64,000 nucleotides of DNA from Eledone cirrhosa (taxonomy: Eukaryota). Below are positions 27,532-42,189 of this stretch, in pieces; within the stretch, counting starts at the first letter, position 1; every line of letters begins with the position of its first letter. The stretch lies in the NCBI GenBank assembly GCA_964016885.1, contig OZ024740.1, forward strand, positions 244,714,001-244,778,000, in the 5' to 3' direction. Below the pieces are notes generated by a model. That model saw nothing but the letters and a program-made list of their open reading frames with translations, was not told where the DNA came from and did no database searches. The translations under genes and the position numbers were made by a program.

Positions 27532-28048
27532 TCTATATATCTAAAACAGAGAATGTCTGTCTGTCTGTCAGCTCACTAAAACTTGAGAACCATCCAACCG
27601 ATTGTTTTCAAACTTTAGACATGTAATACTTATGGTCCTGTGAGTGTTTTGAGCAAAAATTATTTCAAATTTTCAATGCCCTAGGGACCGCATTAGGCGA
27701 TTTAGCGTTCTCTCTATATAATTCTTAGTCTTTCTTTTTAGATAGATACATAGATTTAACGTTGCGCCCTTATAATATCTGTCTGTATGTCTGGCTGTCT
27801 GCATTACGTCATTATGACGCGCTCAGCGCGATTCCCTCGGCCTCAGTGACCAAAGTCAGTGGAGAGGGGAAGGTAATGTTTCTGTAGCTCGTGTTTTAGC
27901 GTCTATTCACTCTCACTCTCTCTCTCTCTCCCTCCCGCTATCCCCCTCTCGTAGTCTGTCTCTTTTTTTCACTCTCACTCTCTACGCACGTGTTTCCACT
28001 GTCGGACAGACAGACAGAGAAATTGCTGGTTATATATATAAGTAGATT
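27532..28048 (+). mobile_element. Helitron 5' part, inverted relative to 26487-27496, fused to another Helitron 5' end on the minus strand
   Basis: TCTATATATCTAAAACAGAGAATGTCTGTC; 27532-27810 mirrors 27208-27496; the right end reads TCTACTTATATATATAACC on the minus strand. Confidence 0.7.
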
Positions 28049-28261
28049 AACAGGTGAAAATGCGTAAAAGGATGTAAGAAGATACGTCTAATCCCAAAAG
28101 GTGGTATATTTAAATTTTAAATACCTGAATTTCAGTAATTATTCATATCCTTGCATACATATTCTATTATTGCATAAGAACATGTTTCGCCAATTAAATG
28201 GCAGAGTATATATATATATTAATTAAAATAACAGATTAAAGTCTTCAAATTGTATTATTAT

Positions 28262-28314
<53 letters not shown>

Positions 28315-28394
28315 TGTGCTGTTCATACAATTCTTACTTCTGTTGAGAAATCCTGGTATTCTATGACAAACTCTGCGAAACAAACTCTATCTGT

Positions 28395-28948
28395 AGTTTG
28401 TCTAGGAATTTAATAGCTATTGAAATGGTTTGTGCATTTTAATTCACTTTTTTCCGGTTGTTATGTTTTTTCCGTTTTTCGTACATTATATAGATTGCAC
28501 CAAAGTGGTTTTCACCCCATGTAATGCAGAACACACTTCTTTGTGTGTTCATTTCTATATATTATATTGTAAAGAGCCCAGTTTTTATACTTTGAGCAGG
28601 GTATTAACGCGAGTTATTAACTCCAGTTTTTCACTTGATTTCGGCTCCTAACGATTTCTCTCGTTGTGTGTTGAGCCTTTGACGTTAAGTGGCTTTAGGC
28701 TGCCATTTCTAGCCGTTTTACGATCCACTCATGCCACTATGTACTATCTGTTACACGTGGTTTCACTTGTTCTCTTACTATAACATGTGCGATATTTAGT
28801 TTGTCCAGGAGTTTAATAGTTAATAAAATGGTTAGTACATTTTAATTCACTTTTTCCGGTTATTATGTTTTTTCCGTTTTTTCGTACATTATATACATTG
28901 CACCAAAGTGGTTTTCACCCCATTTAATTCAGAACACACTTTGTGTTC

Positions 28949-28950
<2 letters not shown>
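28395..28950. repeat. About 160-bp direct repeat (28395-28555 and 28797-28950)
   Basis: Shared TTTTAATTCACTTTTTCCGGTT..TTGCACCAAAGTGGTTTTCACCCCAT. Confidence 0.85.
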
Positions 28951-28992
<42 letters not shown>

Positions 28993-28994
28993 TT

Positions 28995-29805
28995 TGTGAG
29001 ATGGGTGGTGATTGAAATTCAGATGTGCACGGTTAAATGGTAGTAGACGTGGTCGGACGGACATGAAAATGTACACACCTATGTAAAAAGTGCCAAGGAA
29101 GCAAATAGACGAGGTTTCAAATCTCTAACTTGAAAAATGTGGTCCCTAGGGCCCCCAAACGGTCTATTTACTATCGCGTTCGGTGAGTTATTTTCCCCTG
29201 TTCTAATACTTGGCTGAGTTATTTACAATTTCATACAAATTTGTAAACTCATCAACGTTCTTTCGCTGTTAACATACAGTACCAATAATTTGAAAAATAT
29301 TATTGAAAGTTTATTATAAAGAAGCAGTTTCAGGAAAAAGTGTAAACTATCATACAAACCTTCATAATATGCATTTTTAAACTTGCATATCAGCGACATT
29401 GCTATTTCGCTGTTAATAAACTATCATCATTCTACATTTAACGATCATACAGTCCCGTTTTATTAAATCGATTCTGCAGTACGGTCACTGTTTTCCATGA
29501 AAAGAAATAAAACCCTTAAATTGCGAAGAAGGGACGCGTGTTTTTATTTTAATTCGAATACATGTTAACCACCACTAACAGTAAGTAGTATTTTTCAAAT
29601 TGCATATCATCGACATTGCTATTTCGCTGTTAATAAACAACGCTTTTCACGTCGCTCCACTTCTCATTGTACGCCGTCCAGCCCCAAGTGCATATTTCTA
29701 TTTTTTTTCCTGAAACTGCTTCTTTATAATAAAATTTCAATAATATTTTTCAAATTATTAACTTAATAAAAAGTGGCCCCGGGTGCAACCGGGCTCAGCT
29801 GCTAG
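28995..29805 (+). mobile_element. Helitron-like 3' portion with an internal 55-bp inverted repeat (29285-29340 / 29702-29759)
   Basis: Ends GCCCCGGGTGCAACCGGGCTCAGCTGCTAG-T; the inverted repeat is directly visible. Confidence 0.6.
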
Positions 29806-29938
29806 TATATATATATATAAGGAAAAAAAGATGAAATCGAAAATACAACTAGAGTTTTTTAAAATATATTCATTTGGTTCCTTTACCGGTTTCGCCGTTC
29901 TTGTGCTTTTCAAACGTAGAATTGAGATCGATGGTTCT

Positions 29939-31811
<1,873 letters not shown>

Positions 31812-31969
31812 TAAAATAACAGATTAAAGTTTAAGCAAAGAATCGCTGCTTTCACCCTTAACGGGATCTTCTGAAACTAACAAAGTCAATCTGTAAACGC
31901 AGAACTGGATATTTCAAAAAACGTTGCAACCGGGGGAAGACAGGAAGACGATACTTTGGTTTGTGGTAA

Positions 31970-32230
31970 CGTTCGCTGGCAAAGAACGAGAAAAAACGAA
32001 TAATACGTCATTAATAGGAGAGGTGAAAAACAATTACGCGCAAAGACAAAACCACGTTTATGGTATAAAATAGGTCGTAGACTAATGTTCTCTTAGGTGG
32101 TGCATAGAGACGTTCTCTGGCAATGAACGAAAAAACGAAGATAATAAGTCATATGTGGAGCGTGGAGAACAATAGCACGCAAAGACAAACCCACGTAAAT
32201 GGTATAGCAGAAATCGTAGACTAAAATTCT
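31970..32230. repeat. Diverged tandem duplication with a period of about 140 bp
   Basis: CGTTC.CTGGCAA.GAACG..CGCAAAGACAAA.CCACGT..ATGGTATA..TCGTAGACTAA occurs twice. Confidence 0.75.
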
Positions 32231-33077
32231 AACTAGGAGACCAAATGAATCTCCGCTACAGAGTTAAGAACAAAGTAAATAAATACAATACAGGGGTAAT
32301 AGGAACAAATAAATACATACACGCAAACAGATACGTGCATACACAAGCATACGCAAAACCTTACCATGGGTATACAAAACCACGCACATATAAATATGTG
32401 TGTGTGTGTATGTTTGTGTACAAATAAATAAATAATTATATAAACGTATATAAGTAAATAAATACGTATATAACAAGCGCACACGCATACCTACATATAA
32501 ATACACGAATGTTCGGAGACGTAAGTCAACTAAAACAAGAAGTACACATATACACACACCCACCATACGTACGAACCTGCACACTCACGCGGACGCAAAA
32601 CTCCCGTATACACATAGCCAAACCCTAAATACCAGAATATGTAAAAATTATACGCTATAACAGTCAAATATACGTACGAGAAGGTATACATACCTTCACA
32701 AAACATACGGGTAATATATACTTACCTATGCAAATACGTAATATATATATATAATTGAAAAAGTGGAGAATAACATGGTCAACAGTACAAAAAAGGGATT
32801 TATTTGCAGTCTAACAATTGTTTCACTGATAGAGTTGTCTAAAAATTGCTGAACACTAAAAACAGTGCCACTCAATTTTAAATACGATGTTAACTCTACT
32901 AGATCTTCTAAATATATATGTAACCCGCAAATTTACAAATTCAAATTACATCATCAATAATAATATTAATAATAAAGATATAAAGAGATAACTTACATAG
33001 GAATGCAAGTGAAATCATAAACTCGTCATCTACGTAAACCTCTTCTTGAGTCAAGCAATGCTGTACGCTAAAACTAT

Positions 33078-33118
<41 letters not shown>

Positions 33119-33422
33119 GGGTAAATTTTATATAGCTGTGAATCGCGGATAAAGAGCTGTATCATTTATCTACTATTTCTTCATAGGTATATTTTAAACC
33201 TATAGCCTAGTTTAAATGATTTTTGTGTGGTTAATTTATGCTGATTGGGAGAAGAAATAATGTATATATTTTATCTAATGTTTCTATGGACTTACTTTTT
33301 ATATATTGCTCTGATTATTAATTATTTAATTAATTCGTCATTGATCCACACTGTGAATGGTTGCCAAAAACATATATATATATTTCTATGGCCTTGTCTA
33401 GTTTATATGTATATACCCTTTG

Positions 33423-33462
<40 letters not shown>

Positions 33463-33553
33463 CAAAGGAATTGTGGTAAGGAACCAGATGGACCATAACG
33501 CACCAGAGTACTCAATACTTAGGGTAGTAGAGTGGGAAATAGGAAAAAGTATG

Positions 33554-33650
33554 ACCTCGACGGCAGAGCTCAAGCCGTTTTCACGGTTATTTCTGGACTA
33601 AATTGGAATTTTTAGCCTGGTGAATAAATAGCCGAACTTGTCAAGAGGGT
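33554..33650 (-). ncRNA. Variant hammerhead-like RNA (U3:A8 core, long stem II)
   Basis: CCTC-TTGACAA-GTTCGGCTATTT..AAATAACCGT-GAAAACGGC ttgagctct GCCGTC-GAGG. Confidence 0.6.
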
Positions 33651-34369
33651 ACTTCCTTATATGGGAAGATTGTAGTTGTCAAGAGGATTGGTTAAAATTT
33701 GTTGTAAACACAAATAAGTCTATCATGGCATTTGGTGGGAGGTAGGGGTGGCTGAACTTGCCTGTAGAACAATAGGGGAGTGAGTGGAGCGGTCAAGCGT
33801 TGGAAGCGATATGTATACAGCAGATTCTAAGGATAGTGTATGAAGTGGAGGAGGGAGGTTATTGAATAGGTAAATCGAATGAGAGTAGGAGACAATAAAA
33901 GATAATAGAAATAAATAAAACAATATATAAAATTACATAGTGAGAAATGAATTAAAAAAATCACAATGCTAACTTACAATTACAGGTTAATAAGGTGAGA
34001 ATAGAAAAAACTTGTAGAAATTGAGTAGTAACAAAACTGATACAAAATTAAAAGGGTTTAACACATCTGCTATAAGTAGTTAGTAAAACGTATTCGGCCA
34101 ATTCTATCTTAAAATTACAGGGGTGGGAGAACTGATGCTACAGAGGCCCGATGAGCTGCATCGTGGTAGGCGAAAGGGAAAGCAGACGAGGAAGAAAATA
34201 GGTGGTGGAAGAAAGTGATAGGATGAGACAGGGGGAAGAAGAAGACAAAGAGGAAAAGAAAAGAGATACATCTACCTATGTAAGCTGGGGTTTCCCCTAA
34301 CTTATTCGGCAAGTGGGGGGTATAAGCCCTTGTCTACCCACCCGGGTCGTTATGGGGTTTGAGGGCGAA

Positions 34370-34660
34370 TTAAGTCATACGCAATCTGTGTTTGCATGAG
34401 GTTACCAGTTCGTCTTTCTTGTTTAGGAGTTGGTCCTTTGAAAACAGCATTTGTAATGTTTCCTCCGAGCATAAGTTACACGGACGGTGTCCCCCCGTGT
34501 AAGAGTTAACTCTGGACAGTAAACACCAAGTGAGATTGTAGGCTATATTATTATTTTGGAGGTCCCATATGTGGCCCGAAAGTGTAGTGGCATGTCGCCG
34601 GGCCGGGTTTCGGAAAGTATGTCTGTGTTGGTAGAGCCGGGTCTTGAAGTCACACGCGGT
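34370..34660 (-). pseudogene. C-terminal part of a PLE GIY-YIG endonuclease (open frame, 5'-truncated)
   Basis: TACDFKTRLYQHRHTFRNPARRHATTLSGHIWDLQNNNIAYNLTWCLL..PCNLCSEE..LLNKKDELVTSCKHRLRMT*; absent from the ORF track. Confidence 0.9.
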
Positions 34661-34772
34661 TAAACCCCTATTGTTCTACAGGCAAGTTCAGCCACCCCTA
34701 CCCCCCACCAAATGCCATGATAGACTTATTTGTGTTTAAAACAAATTTTAACCAATCCCCATATAAGGAAGT

Positions 34773-34869
34773 ACCCCCTTGACAAGTTCGGCTATTTATT
34801 CACCAGGCTAAAAATTCTAATTTAGTCCAGAAATAGCCGTCAAAACGGCTTGAGCTCTGCCGTCGGGGT
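34773..34869 (+). ncRNA. Variant hammerhead-like RNA, second copy (G12 position changed to C)
   Basis: CCCC-TTGACAA-..CGGCTATTT/AAATAGCCG-TCAAAACGGC..GCCGTC-GGGG. Confidence 0.5.
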
Positions 34870-34924
34870 CATACTTTTTTCCTATACGTATATATATATA
34901 TATATTTATTTATTTATATGGAAG

Positions 34925-35050
34925 CGGCGAATTGACAGAGTCGTTAGAACGTTACACGTTTCGACTCTGCCCTCTCAATTCAAATCGCGACGAGGTCAAC
35001 TTTGCTTTTCATACATTCGAGGTCGATAAAAAAGTGCCAGTCTAGTAATG
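34925..35050 (+). mobile_element. Old diverged Meta-like SINE
   Basis: GAGGTCAACTTTGCTTTTCATACATTCGAGGTCGATAAAA. Confidence 0.7.
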
Positions 35051-35279
35051 AGGTCAATTCTTCCTCTAGATCTCTTTTTCACTTCCATTGTCTCACTCTA
35101 TCTTTTCTTCTTCGGAAGAAATCTGCTGTATACAAACCCGGGGAGGAGATGGGCTCCGCCAGCCTTTAAAATGTCCTAAAAACGCTCCGTATATCAATAT
35201 GTCGCTCCTACAAATCCCCCAGGTGTTACGAGATCATACATGCACAGATAAATATATACACCTGTGCGCGCGCGCGCAG

Positions 35280-35316
<37 letters not shown>

Positions 35317-36029
35317 CACAAAAAATTGGTGAAACTTTATGATTTCTGGAAGATTTAATTAAAAGTATAAACCGAAACTGATAAATTTTCTATTGTAATA
35401 CATATAGATGTATTGTGTTCCTTAAAGCGCAAAGCTTCTGTTTCTTTGTCCCTATCTCTCTCCCCTCCTCTACTTTTCTCCTCACTCTTTTATATCTCTG
35501 TAGCTCCGAAAAAGTAATTACTAATAAAATAGTATAGTTTTACGGCACCAGGCCAAAGTTATCATTGAACCCGGAAGTAAAATAGAAAGTCAAATGTTAT
35601 TGAAAATCATATGAATATCTCTGAAAATAGTTAATTAATTCTAAAATTCAAATCCTTAAAGATTGGAAAACCAATATGATCTTCGTGGTTCTACAAACAG
35701 TCTAGGAGAAATTCGACATTAGCATTTTGTTGTTATATATTAATATTCGATGGGAAAAGGATGTTGATGTACGAGAGAATTGATATAGCGTCGGACATAC
35801 AACGCATTATGAAATTTAGTTGAACCTTATTCATGTTCTGAGTTCAAATTCCGTCAATATTTTAGTCTTAGTATTCTATTATAAATCTATTCATGCTTTA
35901 TAGAGATAGAAATCGCACCCAGTACTTGATTTGTCATGTGATCTAAATCCTTTCCGAGCGGCAATCACAAAATTCGGAGAAATGAATTCTACAAGAAAAT
36001 AAAATTGCTAGGCTAATGGTTTGTCGCCC

Positions 36030-36335
36030 GACAAGCTGAATATCGTTAGCTGACAAAATGCCGACTGCTCTCTGATAGGTTTCTTGTTGAAATCATAGCT
36101 GTGGAAACATCTGGTGGCCTAGAGCACCGAACAACTCCCCACTCAGTTCGAATGGGATGGAGAACGAGCCCCACGTGTTGGATTGGCTCTCTCAGTGCAT
36201 CCCCTCACCATCCTCCGGGGTACCACGTTTGCTATTCTGCTAGCCGAGACAACAAAAGAAAACATTTTTGTTTTATTTCTAGCCACGAGAGATGATTTAC
36301 TTATTATTTTCCATCTGTTGCGTTCTGTTAATTAT
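36030..36335 (+). pseudogene. 3' fragment of a CRE-like non-LTR retrotransposon (RLE endonuclease end plus UTR)
   Basis: LSDRFLVEIIAVETSGG..LTILRGTTFAILLA parallels the peptide at 60149-60544. Confidence 0.65.
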
Positions 36336-36343
36336 TATTTTAC

Positions 36344-36535
36344 AGCGGTGGATTGGCAGTATCGGTAGAGAGTCGGACACCATGCTTTGCAGCATAGAGT
36401 TACGGTCCTTTATGGTCTGAGTTCAAATCCCGCCGAGGTTAACTTTGCCTTTCATCCTTACGGGGTCGGTAAAATAAAGTACCAGTAATGCACTGGGTAA
36501 TTTCTGGCCTTGTGCCAAAAGTAGAAACAATTATT
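36344..36535 (+). mobile_element. Full-length Meta-like SINE
   Basis: A and B boxes, Meta-like core, tail GTAGAAACAATTATT. Confidence 0.93.
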
Positions 36536-37246
36536 TTACAGCTTCTTTACAGTACAGTGAACCCGACCCCTTGTGTGTCGAGTTGATGTTTGACACATTG
36601 CACTCCAACTAAAGAGATGCTGACTACCCACAATTTCGTCGCTAGTCAAGCATCCTCTTAACATCTGTACCTGTGCCTCACTATATATCAGTAGATGGAG
36701 ACATATAAAAAGGAATAAACATAATTTTCTAATGGTAGTTGCAACTAGAAAAATCTTCTAATTCTGTAGTATTTCTAGGAAACCATCCGGATCCTGACTA
36801 CTCCCACTTTCTGTTTATTTCTACTGAACAAAGTGTTCGGTAAGCGGTAGACAGAATAATTTGTGGAGTTTAGCTACGTCACTAAAAATGTTTAATTCAA
36901 ATCCGGCCAATGTCAGCTTTATCCTTCGTACTGAGATTGCTTTAATCATCCATACCTACCCCCACTTTACATCACAGCTGAGCTTATGCCAGAAATCAAT
37001 ATTTCAGTCAGTTAATTGGCAGGAAAACATTCTATAGAAATGTCCTGCAAACTGCCGAAATCCTAATTACTTATTCAGTTCCCTCTCCACTTTTAGTTGT
37101 GAACTTGCTGCCTATTTACAACCTGATAGGTGGATAATTGGGAATTAAATGTGTCTGCCATACATATGTACATACATACATACAAACACTTACACAAATA
37201 TATATATATATGTCTATTTATACAGATACACACACACACACACACA

Positions 37247-37327
<81 letters not shown>

Positions 37328-37332
37328 GTATA

Positions 37333-37438
<106 letters not shown>

Positions 37439-37469
37439 GACTCGGAGCTTTTGCTTTTACATAGGAAGA

Positions 37470-37742
37470 TGGTAAACTGTAACTGCCTTAAAAAAACGCT
37501 TGTATGTACATAGACACTCCATAAGGAATTACAAACTCAGAAACTCAACTACGTTAGCTAGCAAAATCTAGGAACTAGAGGATAATGGTTCTAAGTACTA
37601 ACTTTCGTGGTCTATACTAGGAACCGTCCACCCGTATAATCAAAGTACGGGTATCTGCAATTTATGTAATCTAGAGCTCTATTTCATAATTACAGTACTA
37701 AATAGCAGGCTTGAACGTGCTTTCAACTGTAGACATAAGATC
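37470..37742 (+). pseudogene. Decayed PLE GIY-YIG C-terminus (same group as 34370)
   Basis: NSTTLASKI*ELEDNG..LSWSILGTVHPYNQSTGICNLCNLE..LNSRLERAFNCRHK. Confidence 0.8.
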
Positions 37743-38323
37743 TGAAATACATTTTCCTACCACAGACCCGAGTAGCGTACCATTCGATCCAGTAACCAAT
37801 CTATTTAAACATATGTGAACCTAATCTCATGGACGTAATTATTTCTTTATGATATCCCTCAAGTACATATAGACGCCAGTGAATAGACACTAAATTCATC
37901 CTCTTCTGAATGACCATAAAACAATAATATTAACGGCACTGACGTAATAATATTTCTTTATCAAAATAGCCATGCCTCGTGGACAAACTTATCTGTCACA
38001 ACCAGGCATCAACACTACTACCACGGTATCAAATTAATAACCACGGATTTCTCTTATGTACATTTTTTGTATATGCATACTTATTCCAGTTCTATCTACT
38101 TCTCCACCTCCTAATCTTGTTATAATATCCCGAGTTCAATACAAGTCGTTATCCTGTTTTGATCATTTAATGTCCGAAGGTAAATTTACCATAATTGAAT
38201 CCGATCTATCCCAGATCCAATACCTTCACATATTAATGAAACTTGTAGTCTAATTATATATATATATATCGTTTCTGAATTTGTTTAGCAAGATTCTTTA
38301 TCTGAAAACGTGTGTTGAAACCG

Positions 38324-38845
38324 ATATTGTTATACTTTGGGAGGGTCATGTTGCCAATAAGAAACACACGCACCATTGCTTTCACTCCAATTAAACATTT
38401 TTTTTTTTTTTTTCAAAAAATTTATAAATTTCCAGTTTGTTGGTTGGTTCCACAACCGGGCGGTTGTTCATATATTGTCAAAGTTCTTTCGTCACACATT
38501 ATGTGACCTCTTCAGTGACTGGGGATTCTTTTCTTTGTTTTGTGCCTCTTCCTTGTTCTGTCCTGGAAGATGGTGTAGGACAGAACAAGGGAGAGGCACA
38601 AAACAAAGAAAAGAATCCCCAGTCACTGAAGAGGTCACAGAATCTGTGACGAAAGAACTTTGACAATATATGAACAACCGTCCGGTTGTGGAACCAACCA
38701 ACCGGAAATTTATAAATATTTTGAAAAAATGTTTTTAAAAAATTAAAAAAATAAATTTTATTTTTATTTTTAATAAATTGGAGTGAAAGTTACTGGTGCG
38801 TGTGTTTCTTATTGGCAACATGACCCTCCCAAAGTATAACAATAT
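38324..38845. mobile_element. PLE pLTR fold-back element: about 520-bp palindrome with two hammerheads (38477-38519 minus, 38622-38664 plus)
   Basis: Arms are reverse complements around a 12-nt spacer; GTCA-CTGAAGA-G GTCACAG aat CTGTGAC-GAAA-GAAC-TT-TGAC. Confidence 0.92.
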
Positions 38846-38905
38846 ATATATCTATACATACATAGTAAACTATGTTACTATGTATGTATATATATATATA
38901 TATAT

Positions 38906-39200
38906 AAACGGAATTTCATTTCCCACTCTTAGTACGGCTGTTACTTAAATGTAAGTATGTACACGTACATACATATATGTATACAGACATACAGTAGTAT
39001 GTATATATACATACATGCACACATATATATATGTACGTATGGATTCACCGAACATTTATTATAATGCTCGGTGTGTTTGTAAACAAACATCCCGTATTAA
39101 GCCGGTAGTGACTAGCAACCATCGTTGCTCGTTTGTTCAACACTGACAAAGGAACGCTGTACTAGTTTCAAGCTTATTAGCTATCGCCAGTAACGTATAC
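38906..39200 (-). mobile_element. Solo pLTR of the 16522 family; hammerhead at 39155-39195 with core mutated to CTGGCGA
   Basis: Near-identical to 16900-17030 plus 16610-16780. Confidence 0.88.
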
Positions 39201-39321
39201 ATGCAACGTATGCTACGGCACTTGATTTTAATTATAGTCGATACCCTACCAAATCTCAGAATACTGAGTATTCATAACCTCTACTTGGATTACATTAAAC
39301 GATATCTCATTAACTTATATA

Positions 39322-39415
<94 letters not shown>

Positions 39416-39457
39416 AGAAAACGAAAAATCAGTGATGCATCTGGACTTAATGTATTG

Positions 39458-39548
39458 CGTGTTACAATTGTTTCTCCGGCAGGTAGCTCGAGACGTGGTC
39501 CTTGTATGGATCCGGCTGATTCTACTTCTGCAGGTTCATTCAGACACG
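39458..39548 (-). ncRNA. Hammerhead with an 8-nt core (CTGAATGA) and long stem II
   Basis: Reverse complement of 43899-43988. Confidence 0.7.
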
Positions 39549-40042
39549 AGTATTTCGTTAGGAGCAAATTTTATCACTGGGGTGTTATCATAAAAAAAAA
39601 CTCTCAAAAAACCCTACTTCCACTCCTGTCCTGCCATTGGCTGTTGTTACTTTTCATCAAGTTCTGGTCAGTATCTACTGCCACCCTGGTCATCAACCAT
39701 TTTCCGTCCGACACATTTCGATGGAGTCATGCTGGGTTCAGCATCTCACACGTCTGTTCACACTTCATAGTAAGCACCCACACATACTAATATATACACA
39801 CACACAACACACACACACCCATGCGGATACCGACAGATTTATGCATACACACACGTACGTCTACATGTGCAGACACCCCCCCGCCCCCACATACATACAT
39901 ATATGTATATATACACACACACTCTCTCACTCACCTCCACGGACCCAGTCACACCCACTTGTAGATACATATCGCCACAAGCCTTTTGGCGGCTGCTTAC
40001 TTCGCCCCATGTATCCTGTTTGAATAAGCATGGCCTATTCAA

Positions 40043-40139
<97 letters not shown>

Positions 40140-40373
40140 TACATACGCCCAATCTTATATATATTTATATATCTATATATACACACTCATACACACACAT
40201 ATATGCATACACACATACACGCACATACATACATATACACACACACATGCATGTACATATATATATATATATATACACACACATACACATACATACATAC
40301 ACGTATATATATATACTCACACATGCCCACACATACATACAAAATACGCATACGTACACAAACATTACATAAG

Positions 40374-40407
<34 letters not shown>

Positions 40408-40987
40408 CAGACACAAAAAACAACAACCTAACATGCATACGCCCAGCCACACATATACACATATATATACACCCACGCATATGCCGACATATATACATCT
40501 ACATATGCATACGCACACGTGCTGCCACATGCATACACCTGCACATATGCATATTTTCGCGCATACATATGTGCTTCCACATATACAAATATAAACAAAA
40601 CCGTAAATAAAAGTTCATTATACAATAAAAACAATATACCATATACCATAAACTAACGGTACATTACTGTAACATAAAATATAATATGTAAAATATAATA
40701 TACAATATGATATATATATATATATATATATATATTTGCTTGCACACATATGTGCTTCCACATATACAAATATAGACAAAACCGTGAATTAAAAGTTAAA
40801 GATACAATATAAATTTTAAAAAAACATATACCATAAACTAACGGTAAAATAGAATATAACATATACAATATAATATACAATAAGATTTATATATATATAT
40901 ATACATATATATACATATACATATACATATACATACCCACACACACATGTACACCACAGATTCATACATACATATACGGATAATATT

Positions 40988-41083
40988 AATAATTGTTTCT
41001 ACGTTAGGCACAAGGCCAGCAATTATCCCAGTGCATTACTGGTACTTTATTTTATCGACCCCGTAAGGATGAAAGGCAAAGTT
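40988..41083 (-). mobile_element. 5'-truncated Meta-like SINE inside the PLE 3' region
   Basis: Matches the 3' half of the SINE. Confidence 0.9.
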
Positions 41084-42189
41084 AATAAAAAGCATATATA
41101 ATAATAAAAAGCATATATACTCCATATATAATCCTCCGCACACATTCATGTGAGATGCACATAAACACCTACATGCATGCACAAATACACATACATACAT
41201 ATATAGGCCCACATATGCGTACACCCGCACCCGCACATATATATATACATATATATATATATATACATGCATACACACATGCACACGCTTACTCACCCAC
41301 ACACACACAGCTACTCATACGTGGCTATACGTACATACGCACACATACATAGACATACATACATATACATATTCACATATACACATACATATACACACAT
41401 ACACACACATTCCGCCACGTATGTACATACATGCACATGTCTGCACATACACGCGCATATAAGCTCATGCACATACGCACCCATGCCTATATACACACAC
41501 CCGCACACCCCCACGTATATATATATACACACATACATATGTCTACGCACAGGTCCACGCATAATAACACGCGAATATAAACACAATATGATAATAAAGC
41601 AAAATAAATACATAAATAAATTTACAATATTTTAGGGTACATTAAAATCTGTATGTAACTGCACTAATAGGTAGAATAAGAGGAGGGGTAAAATAAAAAA
41701 AAAAACAGGTAAAATAAAAAAACAGGGGGGAGGCACAGGAGAAGGTGCGTGTGTCAATGTGACAAACTACACACAGGTAGTATGAGGTGCAAACCTGTGT
41801 CCGTGTGTAGAACAGGTAACAGTAACAGAACAATAATAGAACAATAATGATAGTAATAATCATTGTTCCAAAGTGGAACAGGTGGATAGTATATAGTCAC
41901 GATTAACGGGGTACACATTCAAGGGGACGCCCGTCCCGGTCGCCATGGGGCATGGCACCGTGGATTGGGTGTGCTGTTCTATATGTTTAGGGCACAGGAC
42001 CGGGCGGCAGTGGACCCCGTGTTAGTCGGTCCCGGCCCATGCGAAGTATCTTCCAATATTGTGTGTTCGGTCAGGTGCGCCCCTGGTTTACATATGTTTG
42101 CCTCACGGGTCGCACATCGTCATCATGGCATGGCGTCAGGTCCCCTGCTCCCGTTGGGCCAATCGGGTCTGTCCGTACCCGTTCCCTTG

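Larger units (their letters stand above)
33461..34886 (-). mobile_element. 5'-truncated Penelope-like element with an inverted 5' pLTR (arms 33539-33778 / 34665-34884)
   Basis: About 220-bp inverted termini around an endonuclease remnant; (TA)n on both sides. Confidence 0.92.

Noticed and set aside
31841-31877. Minus-strand hammerhead (CAGAAGA-TCCC..GGGT-GAAAGC)
   Set aside because: Core is mutated and there is no stem I; at most a dead remnant.
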